DNA of 64,000 nucleotides, taken from positions 2,995-66,994 of the forward strand of contig JAHEJI010000288.1 in NCBI GenBank assembly GCA_024638965.1, in the 5' to 3' direction. Of this stretch, positions 47,301 to 56,658 are shown piece after piece. The notes beneath the pieces are model-generated. The model was not told the origin of the DNA, made no database searches, and saw only the letters and a list, made by a program, of their open reading frames with translations. The DNA comes from Planctomycetaceae bacterium (GTDB taxonomy: Bacteria; Planctomycetota; Planctomycetia; Pirellulales; Pirellulaceae). Position 1 is the stretch's first letter, and every line of letters starts with the position of its first letter. Both the position numbers and the translations under genes were made by a program.

Positions 47301-48743
47301 TTATTCGATGAGCGATTCTACCGCCGCCGTCAGCAGCTCATAAATTTCCTGTTGAACAGCGCAATCGGTGATCCAATCACGACCTGGGCCGTTTCCGTCC
47401 GGGCTCCCTCTCAAAGGGCAACCATCGGTCCGACTGATCGCTTTGTTCAGCTTGTCAATTGCATCGGCAATCTCACCGTCTTGCAGGTCCTGGACGGCAT
47501 TGGCCAGATGCTTAAGCAACGCATTCTGATTACCTTTGGTGGTAACCTCTCCAAGCGGCAAAGCGGTAATCAGATCACTCGCATCGACGATGACTATTTC
47601 AGTAGTTGCGGCGGCAGTAAACTCGGCCTGTACAGGGATACCGGGGCCGAGAAAATCACTTGCGACGAGAGTCACCGAATAAAATCCCTCGACGTCCGGC
47701 GTGAGAGTTGGATTGACCGTATTAGCGCCAACAAGCGCTGCCGTACTCCCAGCTGGTGCCGCCAAGATATTCCATTGATATGAAATGGGATCCATCTCGG
47801 GATCCGTACTGCCGCTTCCATCGAATTGGACGACATCGCCGACAACGGCAACCGCGCCATTGGGTGTCGCTACTCCGGTTGGCGCCTGATTATCGCTACT
47901 GATCTGAACTTGGGCAGCGTCACTTAAGCCGTCTTGATCGGTAACTACCAACTCAACCAAATAGGTTCCGGATAAATCGGCCAGGAAGCTTGGCGTGACT
48001 GATGTGGGATCATCCAAGACCGCGGCACTTCCCGTTGGTGTGGAAACGAAACTCCAGTTGTAAACGAGTAGTGTCTGGGCTGTATTGTCATCGAACGATG
48101 CGCTTCCATCGAGCGCAACTGTGGCTACGCCGAAAATTCTTTGGTTCGCACCGGCATCGGCAGTCGGAGCTTCGTTACTCGCCACACAATCAATGCCAAA
48201 TGTAACTTCACTCACGAAGGCAGAAGCACCGTTCAGGTTAAGAACCACACGATCAGTCGTGGCGGTGGTGTCGATCCAACCAAAAAACTCTAGATCTTCC
48301 GCAGTGAGATCTGTCTCAAAAATCAAGTTGTTGCCGTCGAACATCTGCACCTTCATGTCGCCGACAAATGTAAAGCCAACCGCGCCCGTGGTGCTTGCCG
48401 GAATGAGGTCGTATTTGACTACTTGAGAAATCAAAACCAATGCTTGTGAATTGAAAAAATTCGGTTCAACGCCGTCGTTTCTCAGAATAAGAATATCTTC
48501 GCCATCGTTGTCGATGATTGGCGTTGTGATTTCGCCGAATGCGACAGTCAATGGACTTGATGGAGTACTGTAAAGTTGTGAAACACCGACAATGGGAATC
48601 CCATCGAAGTCTTCCGTTACAGAACTCTGACAATCAACCGCAGTCAGCCAAGCTTGTTCATCGCTGAACTGTTGGCCGGGCAAAGGCGATGAGTAAACAA
48701 GAACAGAAGTAAAAAGAACGATGTAGACAAACATGCTTCTCAT
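47301..48743 (-). CDS. Secreted PKD/Ig-like domain protein
   Basis: Signal peptide; two NxAPTAxA...LDGSxSxD...YxW repeats; helical C-terminal domain. Confidence 0.8.
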   Translation of the reverse strand: MRSMFVYIVLFTSVLVYSSPLPGQQFSDEQAWLTAVDCQSSVTEDFDGIPIVGVSQLYSTPSSPLTVAFGEITTPIIDNDGEDILILRNDGVEPNFFNSQALVLISQVVKYDLIPASTTGAVGFTFVGDMKVQMFDGNNLIFETDLTAEDLEFFGWIDTTATTDRVVLNLNGASAFVSEVTFGIDCVASNEAPTADAGANQRIFGVATVALDGSASFDDNTAQTLLVYNWSFVSTPTGSAAVLDDPTSVTPSFLADLSGTYLVELVVTDQDGLSDAAQVQISSDNQAPTGVATPNGAVAVVGDVVQFDGSGSTDPEMDPISYQWNILAAPAGSTAALVGANTVNPTLTPDVEGFYSVTLVASDFLGPGIPVQAEFTAAATTEIVIVDASDLITALPLGEVTTKGNQNALLKHLANAVQDLQDGEIADAIDKLNKAISRTDGCPLRGSPDGNGPGRDWITDCAVQQEIYELLTAAVESLIE

Positions 48744-48913
48744 TGGTGTCTCCGAGAACAGGGGGATGGAAAAGACAAGCGTTGTCATTATCCCTCCCCA
48801 GCTGGAGAGTTCAAAAGCAAATGCGTGAAAACTGAGTTCGGTTATCCGAAGCTTTTCGCAGCTGCGTCAACGATGAATACAAGGGTCCATCCGAAGCGAT
48901 CGAGACCCGTTGT

Positions 48914-49369
48914 TCACTCGTTTAGTTGCCCCTTGATGGTGCGCTGAGTTGTCTGCCAGACGTCTTCAAGTAGCTCGATATAGTGGGTCGCGGAAAGAAG
49001 TTCAGACGAATCAGCGCTCATCTCGAACAGCCAACCTTGGTCGTATTTATCCGTATTGATCGCAGACGGATCTTCCATCAACAACTCATTGAACTCGACC
49101 AATTCACCCGGGACGGGTGCATACAACGAACTTTCAGCTTTCTTGCTCTCGATACTGCCGATTTCCTGTCCGGGATCCAAGCTGGCAGGAGCTTCACATA
49201 GCCAATCCAGGAAATAGACGTCCTGAAGTAGCCGCACGGCATAAGCAGTAAAACCAAACCGAATTTTGCCAACCTTCGGCTGAGCCCACATGTGGTTTTT
49301 TGCGTAGAGTCGATCGGCTGGAAATTCGGCTTCAAACTCGCCCATCATGAACGTCAAACGGTCGCTCAT
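48914..49369 (-). CDS. Stand-alone glycine cleavage H-like (lipoyl-domain) carrier protein
   Basis: YAKNHMW, RFGFTAYA, IGSIESKKAESSLYAPVPG, INTDKYDQGWLF; ATGA-coupled to the HemN-like gene. Confidence 0.85.
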   Translation of the reverse strand: MSDRLTFMMGEFEAEFPADRLYAKNHMWAQPKVGKIRFGFTAYAVRLLQDVYFLDWLCEAPASLDPGQEIGSIESKKAESSLYAPVPGELVEFNELLMEDPSAINTDKYDQGWLFEMSADSSELLSATHYIELLEDVWQTTQRTIKGQLNE

Positions 49370-50673
49370 GTGTAACGAACCCCCTGATGCTCGGCCTCAA
49401 AGAAAGACGGCAACAATGCGTCCGCGTGGAGAAACCCCTTGCGAGTCAGTTCGATGTGTTCATCGTTGATCGTTAACATCCCGTCCTCAACGTGTTGATC
49501 GAATTCGGCTTGCCAGTGAGCGACGATATCGGTGTCGAACTTGCTTTGGAAATACGCCCGATCCAAATAGCCTTTCTTCAACAGCAGAATCATTTCGCGA
49601 ATCAACAATTGATGATTGGTTGGCTTCATGCCGCGGCCGAGAGGTAGCTGACCGTGTTCGTGCAGATCTTCAAGATACTGCTTCATTTCTGCCTTGTTCT
49701 GATAATGAACCCCGGAGACGTGTCCAAAGCTGGCGATGCCGGTCGCCAGCAAATCTGAGCCTTGCCATAAATTGTCGCGATAGCTGAAATTGACTTTGTC
49801 GTTGTCCTTAACAACGGTGTACGCACTGCTGATTTTATATCCGGCGGCAAGGAACTCATCGAAGGCATAATTCAGCCAGTCTCGCTTAGTTTGCCAGTCG
49901 GCGACCGGTGTTTCAATCTTGTTGCCCAAAATGTCTTTGGAATAAACCGTGTTGAAGGGCAACTCCATTTGATAGATCGTCACGCTATCCGGCGAAAATT
50001 CGATTGCCTTTTCAATGTTGTATTTCCAGTTATCCCATGTTTCACCAACCATTCCGGAAATCAAATCGATGTTGACGTTGTGGAAATCGGCGGCGCGTAT
50101 CCAGTCCCACGCCCGATAGACTTCCTTGGACAAATGGGCACGTCCGTTTTCTTCAAGAATGGAATCGGTAAAGTTCTCAACGCCAAGACTTAGGCGCGTG
50201 ACCCCCAGTTCTTTCAACGTCTTAATTTTGTTTTCCTGTAAAGTTCCAGGTTCACATTCGAACGTAACTTCTTCAGCTTGATCCCAGTTGATGTTGGCTC
50301 GTAAACGATCGACCAGTGATGTCAATTGCCGCGAACTCAAAAACGATGGTGTGCCGCCACCAAAATAAACGAATCGAAATGGTCGATCGCCCATGACGGC
50401 AAGCTGGCTCACCAGTTCGATTTCTTTGCACAGCGCGGAAACGTAATTTTCGATGTCTTTCGCGTTTTGATCGGTAAAGACTTTGAAGTAGCAGAATTTG
50501 CATCGCTTCCGGCAAAAGGGAATGTGCAAATACAGGCCCAGTGGCACATCGTTTGGTGGCGAATCCATCGCAGCCCGAACCACGTCAAGCGATTCTTCGT
50601 TCCATTGCGAGAACGGCGGATAGTTGGAAATAAAGTAACTACCAACTTCAGTTTTCTTTGAATCTGTTGACAT
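49366..50673 (-). CDS. HemN-like radical SAM enzyme (coproporphyrinogen oxidase/class C methyltransferase family)
   Basis: LYLHIPFCRKRCKFCYF, YFGGGTPS, RLSLGVE, NIDLISG. Confidence 0.88.
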   Translation of the reverse strand: MSTDSKKTEVGSYFISNYPPFSQWNEESLDVVRAAMDSPPNDVPLGLYLHIPFCRKRCKFCYFKVFTDQNAKDIENYVSALCKEIELVSQLAVMGDRPFRFVYFGGGTPSFLSSRQLTSLVDRLRANINWDQAEEVTFECEPGTLQENKIKTLKELGVTRLSLGVENFTDSILEENGRAHLSKEVYRAWDWIRAADFHNVNIDLISGMVGETWDNWKYNIEKAIEFSPDSVTIYQMELPFNTVYSKDILGNKIETPVADWQTKRDWLNYAFDEFLAAGYKISSAYTVVKDNDKVNFSYRDNLWQGSDLLATGIASFGHVSGVHYQNKAEMKQYLEDLHEHGQLPLGRGMKPTNHQLLIREMILLLKKGYLDRAYFQSKFDTDIVAHWQAEFDQHVEDGMLTINDEHIELTRKGFLHADALLPSFFEAEHQGVRYT

Positions 50674-50767
50674 AATTCACTGTTTGGCGTGTGAGAATAG
50701 GATCGACGCGATGACGGGTTAGCCATCTATCTAAATACGGACGCTGCTCTTGAATCAGCCCTTCCGG

Positions 50768-52081
50768 TCACTCGGACTTCGCTGATGGGAACTGCTCTTT
50801 ACTACCTAAACAATAGACAACGCCCCGATCAGTCGCAACGACAAGTCGTCCGAAAGCCACGGCGGGAGAACCAATCACGCCGCCATTCAATTGCTTTTCC
50901 CAGAGAATCTCGCCGCTGGCAAGTCCGATCGAATACAGTCGGCCATCGGTCGCAGCGATAAAGACACGTTCGCCAACGATGACAGGTGAAGAATCGATGC
51001 TGCTTTTCAAGGTCGTCGACCAAAGTTCAGCACCCGTTTCTGGATCCAATGCATAAACGGTGCGATCTTGGGCGCCGAATACGACATACCCATTCGTGAC
51101 GGCTGGGCAACTTCGGATGGTGGCGCCATCTTCGGCTGCAAATGTCCACTTCACCTTAGCGGTCTTCCAATCGATCGCAAAAAAACCGGCCTGTTCGGTT
51201 CCCACAAATACAGTGTCACGCATGACTGCCGGTGTTACTCCCGTCGGCGATTGGATGTCGACGCTGGAGACCTCTTTGCCAGTATCAAGGTCGATAATGT
51301 GCAATCCGCCGTCGCATCCTGCCACGAATGCTCGATTATCTACGACCGTCGCACTACAGCGAACTTGATCAGCCGTTTCGAGTTCCCAGGCGACTTTGCC
51401 TGTTTTTTTGTCAAGTGCATACAGTTTTGTATCCTGCGAACCAAACAGTACGTTGGAGCCATAGAAATTGGCGCTAGAATTAATCTCGGCATTGGTCTGG
51501 TGCTTCCAAACCAGTTCCCCTTTCAAATCAAGGCAATAGAAAATGCCATCGATATCGCCGATGTAAATTTGGTCATCTTTGACCGCCGGGGCCGTCACAA
51601 ATCCAATCTCCACTTTGTATTCCCAGAGAACTTTTCCGGTGTCAAGATTGAGCGCAAATAACGATCCGTCGAGATCGCCAAGATAGACAGTCTTGTTTTT
51701 TCCACCTGTAATCGCCGGAGTGCCCTCGAATGCACCCTGGTTGACCTTGTGTTCCCAGAGTACGTCAAGTTCTGCCGGCAATTCGGTTCGGGCAACGCCC
51801 GTCGACCGGGCATCACCACGAAAATATGGCCAGTCTTCGTTGGCAGCGAACTCTGTTTTGACCGACGCGGGTTTTGTGTGATCGTCTGGATTGGCCGCAG
51901 GTTGTTCTGGCAACTGCGAAGTTGGTGTTTGTTTCGACGCATCCTGCGTCGAGTGCTCAATTGGCAATTCGTTTTGGCTCGGTAATTCAGTCTGGTTACA
52001 GGCACACAGCAAGATCATCACGAGCAAGCCCAAACCCAAAATGGGATGTTGTTTGAACCTTAACAATTTTTGGTCATTCAT
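50768..52081 (-). CDS. PQQ-binding-like (BamB-type) beta-propeller lipoprotein
   Basis: Lipobox LCAC; DWPYFRGD; repeated ALDxxTGxxxW and SSP repeats. Confidence 0.85.
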   Translation of the reverse strand: MNDQKLLRFKQHPILGLGLLVMILLCACNQTELPSQNELPIEHSTQDASKQTPTSQLPEQPAANPDDHTKPASVKTEFAANEDWPYFRGDARSTGVARTELPAELDVLWEHKVNQGAFEGTPAITGGKNKTVYLGDLDGSLFALNLDTGKVLWEYKVEIGFVTAPAVKDDQIYIGDIDGIFYCLDLKGELVWKHQTNAEINSSANFYGSNVLFGSQDTKLYALDKKTGKVAWELETADQVRCSATVVDNRAFVAGCDGGLHIIDLDTGKEVSSVDIQSPTGVTPAVMRDTVFVGTEQAGFFAIDWKTAKVKWTFAAEDGATIRSCPAVTNGYVVFGAQDRTVYALDPETGAELWSTTLKSSIDSSPVIVGERVFIAATDGRLYSIGLASGEILWEKQLNGGVIGSPAVAFGRLVVATDRGVVYCLGSKEQFPSAKSE

Positions 52082-52111
52082 GATTTCGTGAACACTCTCA
52101 AACCAATACGA

Positions 52112-53263
52112 TCAAAACGCGTTCTGATAAAGCTCCAACAATGAGTCGTTGTCAAGATCTCGCGGGTTAAATGTACCGGTCCATTGCGTGGCGGCCGCAC
52201 TCGCCAGTTCTGGAAGCTTGTCACGATCGACTCCACACTCGGCCAACTTCGTCTGCAGCCCTGCAGCATTCACCAGCTCCGTTACGAACTCGGCAAGGCC
52301 CTCGGATCCAGTGGTAGGATCCGGCACTCCCGGGCAGTGCGAAATGATTTCCAACAGTTCTCGATACCAACAGTCGTGTTGCAGTCCGTTGAACCGTATT
52401 ACGTGCGGCAACATCATTCCAACCGCTTGACCATGGGCCGTGTCATAGGTCGAGGTGAGCGGATTCGCCAAAGCGTGGCTGGCACCCAACATCGAATTCT
52501 CGATTGCCAGACCCGCGTAGGCGGCACCCAATTGCATCGCCGCGCGGGCCTCGAGATTATCGGGTTCCTGAATAACCGTTTTGAAGTTAGAGGCCAACAA
52601 ACGCCAGGCTTCCCGACTGAAGATCAACGACACCGGATTTCGTTTCTTCGTAACATAGGTTTCCAACGCGTGAGACAAAGCGTCGACTCCCGATAGGGCC
52701 GTCACCGCACTCGGCTGAGTCAGAGTTATCTTGGGATCCAGAATGGCGATCCGACAACTCGCCTTGGAATCGCCACAAGCCATTTTCACATGGGTATTAG
52801 GATCCGAAATCAAAGCGAACGATTGCATTTCGCTACCGGTCCCAGCCGTCGTAGGAATCGCAATCATGGGAAGCATTTCTCGCATGGCTTTGCCGACTCC
52901 CCAATAGTCCTTCATTTCTCCGCCGTTGGAGTAGACGAAGTTGATTCCCTTGGCGCAATCCATGCTGCTACCGCCGCCCAACCCGACCAGCAACTCGGGT
53001 TCGTACCGCCGGGCGAGCACCAATCCGGCGTCCACGTCTGCGGTCGTCGGGTTTTCGTGCGCCCCGCCAAATAACTCGACATCGATGTTGGCGTCCCGAA
53101 GTGATTGCAGCCCATGATCAACGTGGCCCGCAGCAACAATGCCCGGATCCGAAACAACGAGCGCGCGGCGCGTTCCAAGCTCGCCAGCCAATTCGCCTAA
53201 CCGATCAATGGAATCCGGACCACAAACCATACGAGTTCGCGGATGAAAGTCAAAAGGTGTCAT
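52112..53263 (-). CDS. Iron-containing alcohol dehydrogenase
   Basis: GLGGGSSMDCAK, IPTTAGTGSE, DALSHALE, HALAN, HG. Confidence 0.93.
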   Translation of the reverse strand: MTPFDFHPRTRMVCGPDSIDRLGELAGELGTRRALVVSDPGIVAAGHVDHGLQSLRDANIDVELFGGAHENPTTADVDAGLVLARRYEPELLVGLGGGSSMDCAKGINFVYSNGGEMKDYWGVGKAMREMLPMIAIPTTAGTGSEMQSFALISDPNTHVKMACGDSKASCRIAILDPKITLTQPSAVTALSGVDALSHALETYVTKKRNPVSLIFSREAWRLLASNFKTVIQEPDNLEARAAMQLGAAYAGLAIENSMLGASHALANPLTSTYDTAHGQAVGMMLPHVIRFNGLQHDCWYRELLEIISHCPGVPDPTTGSEGLAEFVTELVNAAGLQTKLAECGVDRDKLPELASAAATQWTGTFNPRDLDNDSLLELYQNAF

Positions 53264-53364
53264 TAAGCGATACTCGGGCTTTCGGTCGTTGTGTCGGATC
53301 GGCGCCGGAAATCCAAATTCGTCTCGTGGTCTGGGAAAAACTCGTTCTCAAAGCGGGAACTCAA

Positions 53365-54489
53365 CTAGTAAACCCCGACCGTTGTTGAAGCGGCCGTCTC
53401 ATGAAAAGGCCGGACGCCACTGACGCCATCCCAGGGATACTTTTCGTATGGTTTTTCACGCTCGCCTTCGTCGCGTTCCATAAAACCAGGCACGAAGAAC
53501 TCAGGAGTCAAAGTGGTTAGTTTAACGCGGCCCGTTTCGCCGTAACCAACCAACTCGTCATAGTTGTCAAAATTCACAACTTCCGTGGCGGCTCGGGGTT
53601 GAGGCGCATAGTACGCGATTTTGTAATCTTCTTCCGCTGTCACCGGACGACTGCAGGCCAGCCCCATAAGAGTGTTTCCGTAAGTGGGAGTCATATAGAT
53701 TCCACTTTCTTCGGGAGGGCCGCCAAAAAGTTCTTCGACACAGAAACGAGTCCATTGAGGCGTGAATTCTGTGCCGCCGGAAAAGATGCCGGTGATTCCA
53801 GTTTCGGCGAGCGTCGTTCCACGTTCTTCGAGTGCCAGGCACAACGATTCAATCAGTTTGGGCGTTGCAAACAAACACTTAATGCTGTGATTGGCCGTCA
53901 AGATCGTAATCGCCTGATCGATACAATGCTTTTTGTATTCCTGAAGGTGCTCCATCCAGCCTTTCTTGATCAACTTCACAACCCAGCGCGGATCGAGGTC
54001 GATACAAAAACAAATCCCACCGCGAAACTGACACAGATGTTCTACTGCCAATCTCAGCCGCCGCGGACCGGTAGGCCCCAGCATTAACCAATTAGATTTC
54101 TTGGGGAAGAATTCATCGGGCAAAGTCGGACTGAACAACTCGTAGTCATCGCGAAAGTCATTCACCACAACTCGGCTTTTGGGGATTCCCGTAGTGCCAC
54201 CGGTTTCAAAAACATACGTCGGCAGCTCCGACATGTCTTTCATCCGCCAACGTTCCACCGGTCCGCCGCGCAGCCATTCGTCTTCGAAAGCAGGAAACTT
54301 CTTGAGGTCGTTGAAACAATTCACTTCCGCCAGCGGATCGAATTTGAGCTCAGCTTTCTTTTCGAGCCAAAAAGGGCAGCCCGTCGAATCGTGGAAATGT
54401 CGTTGAATCATCTTGTAAGTGTGCTCGTCAAGCCGCGATTTAGCTTCAGCCACACTTGCGTTTAAATCGAGATCAGTTGCCATTTTCAT
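53365..54489 (-). CDS. Truncated ANL-superfamily adenylating enzyme (EhpF/GriC/PaaK/LuxE-like)
   Basis: FETGGTTGIPKSR P-loop, GGT, YGNTLMG, VGYGETGRV, ERD; 374 aa, apparently lacking the small C-terminal subdomain. Confidence 0.72.
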   Translation of the reverse strand: MKMATDLDLNASVAEAKSRLDEHTYKMIQRHFHDSTGCPFWLEKKAELKFDPLAEVNCFNDLKKFPAFEDEWLRGGPVERWRMKDMSELPTYVFETGGTTGIPKSRVVVNDFRDDYELFSPTLPDEFFPKKSNWLMLGPTGPRRLRLAVEHLCQFRGGICFCIDLDPRWVVKLIKKGWMEHLQEYKKHCIDQAITILTANHSIKCLFATPKLIESLCLALEERGTTLAETGITGIFSGGTEFTPQWTRFCVEELFGGPPEESGIYMTPTYGNTLMGLACSRPVTAEEDYKIAYYAPQPRAATEVVNFDNYDELVGYGETGRVKLTTLTPEFFVPGFMERDEGEREKPYEKYPWDGVSGVRPFHETAASTTVGVY

Positions 54490-54634
54490 CAGTTAATAAT
54501 TTTGAATGTGAAACTAGAAAACTTGCCGTATTGGACGCCTCGTCGACTTTCGTGGAAGCGAAATTCTACGTTTGCAATAAAGCCTAGTTGGAAAGTGCCA
54601 CTTTTGGCAGTTGTTCAGTCACAAACCAACTCCC

Positions 54635-54800
54635 AATGGCATTTACTTTAGGACCCAACCTCTCCCAATTTGCAAGAGGTCGACGTCTCAGCGTCGGGTG
54701 CGGGTTGTTGATTCCGCAAGAAATCTTTTGTTCCCCTCTCCCGGACCCTCACGTGTCGTCGGGAGAGGGTGTCGAGTCGCCGTAAAAGTAAGTGCCATTC
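54635..54800. mobile_element. Putative MITE with IS4-like terminal inverted repeats, abutting a REP half
   Basis: aatggcatttacttta...taaaagtaagtgccattc; followed directly by gggcatcgcc...cacgcggttaaacg (54801-54841). Confidence 0.55.
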
Positions 54801-55073
54801 GGGCATCGCCCCGCGCGGCCCGATGGGCACGCGGTTAAACGAGAACATGGCCTGTCCAACTAAACTGTATCAGAAACCGAAAACCGGATCAGGTCAACAA
54901 TTGTTAACAGGTGAAATCACTGAACCGCAGGATTCAAGGGTAGCTAACCAACAGGAAATCCCGATTAACGAATATAGTTTGGCCAACAGAAGCCGGGTAG
55001 TAGGCAGTCAAGCTTACTGACAGCTAGAGAAGGAGGCTTCCTTTTCCCGCTTTTGAGTCATCCTTCGCCCCAA

Positions 55074-56147
55074 CTAGTTATTATCCGCATCCGTTTCGGT
55101 ATCGATCTTTAGCTGTTTGTGCAGATAGTTAGCTCGTTCGATATTCCGCTCGCTGGTGGAAAGTTCGGTCTGACGGATTTTCTGCAAATGTGCTGGTTGT
55201 GTGTGGATAAAGAGTTTGTTGATTTTTGGAATTTCCACATCGTTGATTAATCCCAGGTTGATGCCCATGCGAACTTTTGACAGATGCTCCATCGTTTCTT
55301 CGCTGGTAATCTGTTGCGCGTTTTGCAGCGTCCCAAATGCTCGACTGACCTGGTCAAACAGATCATGCTGATTTTCGCTGATCAAGAAATCTCTGGCTTT
55401 GCGTTCATAGTTAATCAACACAGGTACAACGTCGCCAACCTGTTTGATCAAGTCTTCTTCGCACTTACCAAGCGTGATTTGATTGCTGACCTGGAAGAAA
55501 TCGCCCATGGCCTGGGTGCCTTCCCCGTACAATCCGCGAACCACCAGGTTAATCCGCTGGAGACTGCGAAAAACCTTGTCGATCTGCTGAGTAATGACCA
55601 GTGCTGGTAAATGTACAAGGACACTGACTCGCATCCCCGTGCCGACATTGGTTGGACAAGCGGTCAAATATCCAAGCTGCGGATTGTAGGCGTAGGTCAA
55701 ATGTTCTTCGATCAAATCATCGACTTCATTGATTTGCCGCCACGCGACGTCGAGATCGAGCCCGCTTTTCATGACTTGAATTCGCAAGTGGTCTTCTTCG
55801 TTAACCATCAAGCTGAGTTTTTCGTTGGTGTCGATAGCGACCGCGCGAGCACCGTCCGAATTGGCGTGCTCTCGACTAATGAGTTGTCGTTCGACAAGAA
55901 ACTGACGATCGATGTTTTCCAGATCGGCAACGTTGATGAAGGTCAACTCTTCTAACCGATCGTCTTTGACGAGTCGCTCGCGAACTGTGGACTCGATGTT
56001 CAGGCGATCAATATCAGTACAGCGACGAATAAAAGGAAAGTCCGCCAGATTGCGTGCGAGACGAATTCGACTGCTCATCACGATATCGGATTCCGGACCC
56101 GATCCGCGTAACCATTCACCGCAATTGCCGGCAAGATCGTCAATGAT
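55074..56147 (-). CDS. mcsB: Protein-arginine kinase
   Basis: SSRIRLARN, LVERQLIS, MVNEEDHLRIQ, GYLTACPTNVGTGMR, VRGLYGEG. Confidence 0.95.
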   Translation of the reverse strand: MIDDLAGNCGEWLRGSGPESDIVMSSRIRLARNLADFPFIRRCTDIDRLNIESTVRERLVKDDRLEELTFINVADLENIDRQFLVERQLISREHANSDGARAVAIDTNEKLSLMVNEEDHLRIQVMKSGLDLDVAWRQINEVDDLIEEHLTYAYNPQLGYLTACPTNVGTGMRVSVLVHLPALVITQQIDKVFRSLQRINLVVRGLYGEGTQAMGDFFQVSNQITLGKCEEDLIKQVGDVVPVLINYERKARDFLISENQHDLFDQVSRAFGTLQNAQQITSEETMEHLSKVRMGINLGLINDVEIPKINKLFIHTQPAHLQKIRQTELSTSERNIERANYLHKQLKIDTETDADNN

Positions 56148-56658
56148 CATCTTGACCCTCTCCTTCAATTTTTCGGATTCGGTCCCGCAACTGCGATGCC
56201 TGTTCGTAGTCTTCCTCCTCGATCGCTTCTTTCATTTCTCGCCGCAAACGAATCAACTCCGTTTGAGATTCGGTATCACATACGCCGCGCTTGGGCGTCT
56301 TGCCCACATGTTTATTGTCGCCATGAACGTTGACCAGCAGCGGTTCCAGTTCACTCCCGAAGAACACATAATCATGGGGACAGCCCAATCGGCCTTCCTG
56401 ACGAAACTCATAAAAAGAGATTCCACAGATTGGACACTGCTTGGAATCCAGCTCTTTAAGGTCTTCAGCCGTTTGTTCGAGCTTGAGTTGTTGCTCAAGA
56501 ACACCCGTCAGTGTCGGCGCCGCCATCGATGTCTGATCGGTTTCGGGCTGAAGGTATTGCTTGGCGCACTCAGGACACAAATGCAAAGCCAACAACTCAT
56601 CACCCGTTAAATCGGTAATGTGAAAGGTAGCCGGCTTTTCGCAATTTTGGCATTTCAT
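56140..56658 (-). CDS. mcsA: McsA activator (CxxC pairs + UVR domain)
   Basis: CQNC, CPEC, CPIC, GRLGCPHDY, HVGKTP, EDYEQASQLRD. Confidence 0.93.
   Translation of the reverse strand: MKCQNCEKPATFHITDLTGDELLALHLCPECAKQYLQPETDQTSMAAPTLTGVLEQQLKLEQTAEDLKELDSKQCPICGISFYEFRQEGRLGCPHDYVFFGSELEPLLVNVHGDNKHVGKTPKRGVCDTESQTELIRLRREMKEAIEEEDYEQASQLRDRIRKIEGEGQDDH

Noticed and set aside
48914-49369. Canonical glycine cleavage system gcvH
   Set aside because: No gcvT/gcvP nearby, variant motif, and coupling to a radical SAM gene; gene symbol withheld.
49366-50673. Heme-biosynthetic hemN/hemW
   Set aside because: Family motifs alone do not fix function, and the context is not heme- or translation-related; gene symbol withheld.
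53253-53263. Additional TGACACCTTTT repeat copy
   Set aside because: It is the start of the Fe-ADH gene (ATG ACA CCT TTT = MTPF); probably coincidental.
54571-54600. CIRCE/HrcA operator
   Set aside because: Half-sites are poor and the spacing is not 9 bp.
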